From: Octopus sinensis
Taxonomy: Eukaryota
Assembly: GCF_006345805.1 (NCBI RefSeq)
Contig: NC_043000.1
Coordinates: 140,306,001 to 140,370,000 of the forward strand
Length of the DNA stretch: 64,000 bases
Direction: 5' to 3'
Shown piece by piece: positions 63,831 to 64,000 of this stretch (within the stretch, counting starts at the first letter, position 1; each line of letters starts with the position of its first letter). Below the pieces are notes generated by a model that saw only the letters and a program-made list of their open reading frames with translations, made no database searches and was not told the origin of the DNA. Made by a program: the position numbers and the translations under genes.

Positions 63831-64000
63831 AATTGTAACTGACAGAATGCACTAATATATATAAACACATGTATACATGTGTGTGTGTGAAATGAAGTGT
63901 TTTGCTCAAGAACGCAATGCACAGCTGGTCTGAGAATCGAAACCACAATCTTGTGATCGTGAGTGCAACATCTCAACCACAAGTCCATGCAAGTTCATCA

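Overview
AT-rich, microsatellite-dense eukaryotic DNA made almost entirely of transposable-element debris. The tRNA-derived SINE families and the 5S rRNA sequence point to a coleoid cephalopod, most likely Octopus (inference). I found no convincing host protein-coding exon: the long ORFs I could assign are transposon relics, microsatellite translations or chance ORFs in SINEs. Contents: three young tRNA-SINE families (here called A, B, C), many RTE 3'-UTR fragments (D), relics of RTE, CR1, R4/Dong, HERO and L1/Tx1 LINEs, two Naiad-type Penelope-like elements, six mariner-type elements including one full-length copy, a probable Helitron, piggyBac-like MITEs and one solitary 5S rRNA copy. The most notable observations are: a LINE/SINE 3' stem-loop with covarying pairs; SINE head/tail swapping; a local template-switch capture between inverted SINEs; a 545-bp low-complexity insert splitting a GIY-YIG motif; a 99%-identical duplicated non-coding exon-like unit; an unclassified structured ~190-nt repeat; a ~70-bp-arm hairpin; and several hammerhead-like relics. 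None proves a new biological system. All assignments come from motif recognition by eye, and many boundaries are approximate.
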